A stretch of 64,000 nt of DNA from the human T2T-CHM13v2.0 reference genome, Homo sapiens. The position numbers were made by a program, and so were the translations under genes. Each line of letters opens with the position of its first letter. Positions within the stretch are counted from its first letter, which is position 1. Below, piece by piece: positions 55,886 to 64,000 of this stretch. Location: assembly GCF_009914755.1 (NCBI RefSeq), contig NC_060944.1; one strand, written 5' to 3'. Under the pieces are notes generated by a model, which saw only the letters and a list, made by a program, of their open reading frames with translations, was not told where the DNA came from and searched no databases.

Positions 55886-56419
55886 CATCAAGGGGGAGGA
55901 GGGAGGGGCCTTGTGAGCGCTGGGGCAGAGGACACGGCATTGCAAGGATCTGCCCCACCTGGGGCCAGCACACATCTGGTACAACCAAAGGACGCAGGAG
56001 TAAGCAAGGAGGAGCAGGGTACTGGAGAGGCCAGCAAGGGGTCAGCAGAGCCCCTGGGCCCTGGGGCTGGTCCCAAGGGTGATAGGAGGAGCCAATCAAG
56101 GGCCTGGGACAGAGCAAGACTTTGTCTGACTTTCTCCCCTGAGTAGAACATAAGTTCAGGGAGGGCAGGCCCTGGTGTCTTGTTTGTGGTTGTGTATGCA
56201 CCTAGTGCTGAGTTCAGTGAGTGGCAGAGTGGATTCTACACCGGCGTCGGAGGACACATCTGCCACCCCTGCTCCCCAATACAACCCATTTCCTGCCCAG
56301 CAGTCACAGGGGTTCTTCTAAAACAGGTGGTGTCTTTCCTCTGCTTCAAGCCCTCTCCTGGCTTCTGGATCACTCAGAGGAAAAGCTCAAGGCCTTGTGA
56401 TGGTTCACAGGCCCTACCT

Positions 56420-56610
56420 CAGGGATTCTCAGCCCCAGCACTAGTGACACTTGGGCCGATGACTCTGTTGTGCAGCCTGTCCCGGGCACTGTAGGACGTT
56501 TAGCAGCATCTCTGGCCTCTACCCACTAGATGCCAGTAGCACCCACTCCCAGTGGTGACACCAAAATCTTCAGATACTACCAAAGGTCTCCTGGGCGACA
56601 AAGTCTTCCC
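56420..56610. mobile_element. MER20 (hAT-Charlie) DNA transposon relic
   Basis: tgtaggacgtttagcagcatctctggcctctacccactagatgccagtagcac matches the MER20 core. Confidence 0.85.
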
Positions 56611-56913
56611 TACTGCAGGGAGAGGAGGGATGGAGGAGACCTCTGTCCTAGACCCCTACTGAAAATAGCACCCCCAACACTTCCCACCCTGGCTCCCAGC
56701 TTTATTTTCTCCATAGCTCCTAACAGCATCTGCCATTTCTTTGATTTATTTGTGTGTTCAGTTGGTCTGACTCTCAACCTAGAATGAGCTCCCTGAGGGC
56801 AAGTCCTAGCTTGGATCTCCCCTGGGGCAGCACAAGGTGATCTCCCTCTGTTTGCAGAGATGATGCCTTAATCTCCTGAATTTGGATCCTATCTCTTTGA
56901 ATTCGGATTGTCA

Positions 56914-57337
<424 letters not shown>

Positions 57338-57714
57338 CTAGGGCCTCTGCCTCTAAATCTCAGTTCATTTGACTCTGTCTGTGTCCCTGACAGGCCTCAG
57401 CCTGGGACAGGGTGGGCAACGAAGAGGCCAGAGCAGCTGGGTCCCAGGAAATGAGCACTCCATTGGGGCTCGAACCCAGGACCACCTGGATAGGAAGCAG
57501 ATGAGAGATCTCCCCACCAGGCATGAGAGTTGGGGGAGCGGGGGGGCGGTTATTGCTGGGGATGCAGGTGAAATTATTCCAGTGATTCATTCATCCTAAT
57601 TGACAAGGTTCTATTGAATTCCTTAAAAGCCCCAGGCTGTGCATTTTGGAAAACATGGCTGCAGTGCACTGGGAAATGTCCTCTGATATCATGCAGGACA
57701 GCAGACACTCTTTA

Positions 57715-58116
<402 letters not shown>

Positions 58117-58619
58117 TCAGGAGAATGGGGTGCAATTTCCTGAAGAAGAGAATGAGCTTTTCATAAATTACCAGGAGGAAAATAGTGCATGTCAGAATAA
58201 ACTCTGTCAAGAAATACAGCAGGGCAGCCGGACAGTTAATAATTCAGAGCTGTTCCATAGCACTCCTCGGGATTTAAAAAATATTTCCTTGGGATTGTTG
58301 CTTAAAAATACTGTTAATGGCCGGGAACCTTCTCATTGTCATTAATGGGCCAGCTGGGTGGGGCTCCTGGTGGTCCCCCAGGAAAACACCAGGGACACCC
58401 ATCTCATTTTCCTCGCAGAGCCCAGGATGGGCGGTGAGGACTGGCAGGCTCAGAGGGGGCAAAAGTCCAGCCCCAGACCACACAGCTAGGAAATGGTGGC
58501 TGGAGCTCCAATGGGAACCCAGGTTGACTTTCAATGACTCCACCCTGACTCTGGGCAAGGGTTTCCCCTTCTCTGCACTTCCAGTTTCCTCATCTGTAAA
58601 ATGGGGACCCATGTATTAG

Positions 58620-58974
<355 letters not shown>

Positions 58975-59526
58975 TAGGATGGACGGTAACCGAAACAGAC
59001 CCAGTCCTCTCACTTCATGGAACTCGGTCTGGTGGAAGAGTCAGACAGTGACCAAATATATCTCCTCAAAAATGGTAATCGGTATATCTAGAAAACAAAG
59101 ACGAGTAAAGGGACAGGGGGGAGGGGGGAGATTTCAGTTAGGATAATCAAGGAGAGCCTCCCTGGGCAGGTGGCAATTGATGACAGACCTGGAAAAACAG
59201 AGAGGGAGCTGAGAGGCTTTCAGAAGAAGAGGGCGGTGAGAACCGCAAGTGCAGGGGCCCTGGGAGGGGCTTTGCCTGCAGTATTGGAGGAACAGAGAGG
59301 GGCCAGCGTGGCTGGAGCACAGCGAGCCAGCGGGAGAGAGGTGGGAGGAGAGGTCAGAGAGGACGGCAGCGGCCAGCTCCTGGGAGACCCTGTAGACGTT
59401 TGAATTTTATTCTAAGAATGATGAAGATCCGCCACAGGGCTGGTTTGCAGGGGATGGATTGGTTATCTATTTTATTGGTTTATCTATTTATTGGATTGGT
59501 TATCTATTTTAAAAAGATCCCCTGAA

Positions 59527-60450
<924 letters not shown>

Positions 60451-60539
60451 TTGGAAGTAAAGAAAAAAAGAAAAAAGAAAATGAAAAAGAAAGGCCCCTC
60501 TGGCTGCCGTGTGGATAATGGATTATAGATTCACCAGGG

Positions 60540-63500
60540 TGGCTGGGGTGGGAAGGAGGCTTGAGTGAGTTGGTGGGGATGAGGCTGGGGGTGGGATAGT
60601 GGGGAGGGGGCTGAGGTGGGGAGGAGGCTGGGGTAGGTTGGTGGGGAGGCTGGGGTGGGGAGGAGGCTGGGGGTGGGATGGTGGGGAGGAGGCTAGAGTG
60701 GGGAGGAAGCTGGAGTGCAGAGGAGGCTGGTGTGGGTTGGTGGGAAGGAGGCTGGGGTGGGGAGGAGGCTGGGGTGGGATGGTGGGAAGCAGGCTGGGGT
60801 GGGGAGGAGACTAGGGTGGGGAGGAGGCTGGGGTTGGGAAGAGACTAGGGTGGGGAGGAGGCTGGGGTGGGGTGGCGGGGAGGAGGCTGGGATGAGGAGG
60901 AGGCTGAGGTGGGTTGGTAGGGAGGAGGCTGGAATGGGGAGAAGGCTAGGATGGGGAGGAGGCTGGAATGGGGAGACTAGGGTGGGGAAGAGGCTGGGGT
61001 GGGTTGATGGGGTGGAGGCTGGAATGGAGAGAAGGCTGGGGTGGGGAGGAGACTAGGGTGGGGAGGAGGCTGGGGTGGGGAGGAGACTAGGGTGGAGAGG
61101 AGGCTGGGGTGAGGAGGAGACTAGGGTGGGGAGGAGGCTGGGGTGGGCAGGAGACTAGGGTGGGGAGGAGGCTGGGGTGGGCAGGAGACTAGGGTGGAGA
61201 GGAGGCTGGGGTGGGTTGGTGGGGAGGGGGCAGGGGTGGATTGGTGGGGAGGAGGCTGGGGTAGGGAGGAGACTAGGGTGGGGAGGAGGCTGGGGTGGGG
61301 AGGAGACTAGGGTGGGGAGGAGGCTGGGGTGAGGAGGAGACTAGGGTGGGGAGGAGGCTGGGGTGGGCAGGAGACTAGGGTGGGGAGGAGGCTGGGGTGG
61401 GCAGGAGACTAGGGTGGAGAGGAGGCTGGGGTGGGTTGGTGGGGAGGGGGCAGGGGTGGATTGGTGGGGAGGAGGCTGGGGTGGGTTGGTGGGGAGGAGG
61501 CTGGGGTAGGGAGGAGACTAGGGTGGGGAGGAGGCTGGGGTGGGTTGGTGGGGAGGGGGCAGGGGTGGATTGGTGGGGAGGAGGCTGGGGTGGGCAGGAG
61601 ACTAGGGTGGAGAGGAGGCTGGGGTGGGTTGGTGGGGAGGAGGCTGGGGTGGGTTGGTGGGGAGGGGGCAGGGGTGGATTGGTGGGGAGGAGGCTGGGGT
61701 GGGTTGGTGGGGAGGAGGCTGGGGTGGGTTGGTGGGGAGGGGGCAGGGGTGGATTGGTGGGGAGGAGGCTGGGGTGGGTTGGTGGGGAGGAGGCTGGGGT
61801 AGGGAGGAGACTAGGGTGGGGAGGAGGCTGGGGTGGGTTGGTGGGGAGGGGGCTGGGGTAGGGAGGAGACTAGGGTGGGGAGGAGGCTGGGGTGGGTTGG
61901 TGGGGAGGGGGCAGGGGTGGATTGGTGGGGAGGAGGCTGGGGTGGATTGGTGGGGAGGAGGCTGGGGTGGGTTGGTGGGGAGGAGGCTGGGGTAGGGAGG
62001 AGACTAGGGTGGGGAGGAGGCTGGGGTGGGTTGGTGGGGAGGAGGCTGGGGTGGGTTGGTGGGGAGGGGGCTGGGGTAGGGAGGAGACTAGGGTGGGGAG
62101 GAGGCTGGGGTGGGTTGGTGGGGAGGAGGCTGGGGTGGGTTGGTGGGGAGGGGGCAGGGGTGGATTGGTGGGGAGGAGGCTGGGGTGGGTTGGTGGGGAG
62201 GAGGCTGGGGTAGGGAGGAGACTAGGGTGGGGAGGAGGCTGGGGTGGGTTGGTGGGGAGGAGGCTGGGGTGGGTTGGTGGGGAGGGGGCAGGGGTGGATT
62301 GGTGGGGAGGAGGCTGGGGTGGGTTGGTGGGGAGGAGGCTGGGGTAGGGAGGAGACTAGGGTGGGGAGGAGGCTGGGGTGGGTTGGTGGGGAGGAGGCTG
62401 GGGTGGGTTGGTGGGGAGGGGGCTGGGGTAGGGAGGAGACTAGGGTGGGGAGGAGGCTGGGGTGGGTTGGTGGGGTGGGGGCTGGGGTAGGGAGGAGACT
62501 AGGGTGGGGAGGAGGCTGGGGTGGGTTGGTGGGGAGGAGGCTGGGGTAGGGAGGAGACTAGGGTGGGGAGGAGGCTGGGGTGGGTTGGTGGGGAGGAGGC
62601 TGGGGTGGGTTGGTGGGGAGGGGGCAGGGGTGGATTGGTGGGGAGGAGGCTGGGGTGGGTTGGTGGGGAGGAGGCTGGGGTAGGGAGGAGACTAGGGTGG
62701 GGAGGAGGCTGGGGTGGGTTGGTGGGGAGGAGGCTGGGGTGGGTTGGTGGGGAGGGGGCAGGGGTGGATTGGTGGGGAGGAGGCTGGGGTGGGTTGGTGG
62801 GGAGGAGGCTGGGGTAGGGAGGAGACTAGGGTGGGGAGGAGGCTGGGGTGGGTTGGTGGGGAGGAGGCTGGGGTGGGTTGGTGGGGAGGGGGCTGGGGTA
62901 GGGAGGAGACTAGGGTGGGGAGGAGGCTGGGGTGGGTTGGTGGGGAGGGGGCTGGGGTAGGGAGGAGACTAGGGTGGGGAGGAGGCTGGGGTGGGTTGGT
63001 GGGGAGGGGGCAGGGGTGGATTGGTGGGGAGGAGGCTGGGGTGGGTTGGTGGGGAGGAGGCTGGGGTGGGTTGGTGGGGAGGGGGCAGGGGTGGATTGGT
63101 GGGGAGGAGGCTGGGGTGGGTTGGTGGGGAGGAGGCTGGGGTAGGGAGGAGACTAGGGTGGGGAGGAGGCTGGGGTGGGTTGGTGGGGAGGAGGCTGGGG
63201 TGGGTTGGTGGGGAGGGGGCTGGGGTAGGGAGGAGACTAGGGTGGGGAGGAGGCTGGGGTGGGTTGGTGGGGAGGGGGCTGGGGTAGGGAGGAGACTAGG
63301 GTGGGGAGGAGGCTGGGGTGGGTTGGTGGGGAGGGGGCAGGGGTGGATTGGTGGGGAGGAGGCTGGGGTGGGTTGGTGGGGAGGAGGCTGGGGTGGGTTG
63401 GTGGGGAGGGGGCAGGGGTGGATTGGTGGGGAGGAGGCTGGGGTGGGTTGGTGGGGAGGAGGCTGGGGTAGGGAGGAGACTAGGGTGGGGAGGAGGCTGG

Positions 63501-64000
63501 GGTGGGTTGGTGGGGAGGAGGCTGGGGTGGGTTGGTGGGGAGGGGGCTGGGGTAGGGAGGAGACTAGGGTGGGGAGGAGGCTGGGGTGGGTTGGTGGGGA
63601 GGAGGCTGGGGTGGGTTGGTGGGGAGGGGGCTGGGGTAGGGAGGAGACTAGGGTGGGGAGGAGGCTGGGGTGGGTTGGTGGGGAGGGGGCAGGGGTGGAT
63701 TGGTGGGGAGGAGGCTGGGGTGGGCAGGAGACTAGGGTGGAGAGGAGGCTGGGGTGGGTTGGTGGGGAGGAGGCTGGGGTGGGTTGGTGGGGAGGGGGCA
63801 GGGGTGGATTGGTGGGGAGGAGGCTGGGGTGGGTTGGTGGGGAGGAGGCTGGGGTGGGTTGGTGGGGAGGGGGCAGGGGTGGATTGGTGGGGAGGAGGCT
63901 GGGGTGGGTTGGTGGGGAGGAGGCTGGGGTGGGTTGGTGGGGAGGAGGCTGGGGTGAGGAGGAGACTAGGGTGGGGAGGAGGCTGGGGTGGGGAGGTGGG
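60540..64000. repeat. G-rich modular VNTR (17-bp core GGGGAGGAGGCTGGGGT; 25- and 34-bp units)
   Basis: More than 3.4 kb, running to the window end. Units include GGGTTGGT+core, GGATTGGT+core and AGGGAGGAGACTAGGGT+core. Confidence 0.96.

Noticed and set aside
60540-64000. CRISPR-like array or repetitive Gly/Trp protein gene
   Set aside because: No unique spacers, no cas genes and a eukaryotic context. Frames are broken by TAG in the 34-bp unit. It is a VNTR.

Overview
Primate (most likely human) GC-rich genomic DNA, rich in Alu, MIR and L2 repeats, containing the 5' end of NOL4L (C20orf112; chr20q11 from recall). A ~2.9 kb CpG island (~22.5-25.4 kb) holds the first coding exon on the minus strand (ATG 24425 to splice donor 24104, 107 codons, NOL4-family N-terminal motif). 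Positions 1-24104 are intron 1. On the + strand, splice and polyA signals outline a divergent spliced transcript consistent with NOL4L-DT. Joining two of its exons gives a 140-aa ORF (41191-41220 + 47834-48226), largely built from L2 relics and not visible in the six-frame track. The rest is interspersed repeats plus five large low-complexity or tandem arrays: a G-rich array with at least 11 exact PRDM9 13-mer motifs, a (CAT/CAC)n array, a TCTCTG-like array, a (GGAT)n array and a >3.4 kb modular G-rich VNTR. Nearly all other listed ORFs are artefacts of repeats or GC content. I see no prokaryote-type system (CRISPR, operon, IS). The best leads are the repeat-derived spliced ORF, the uORF and stop-free leader of NOL4L, the PRDM9-motif array, the switch-like VNTR and several templated-insertion repair scars.
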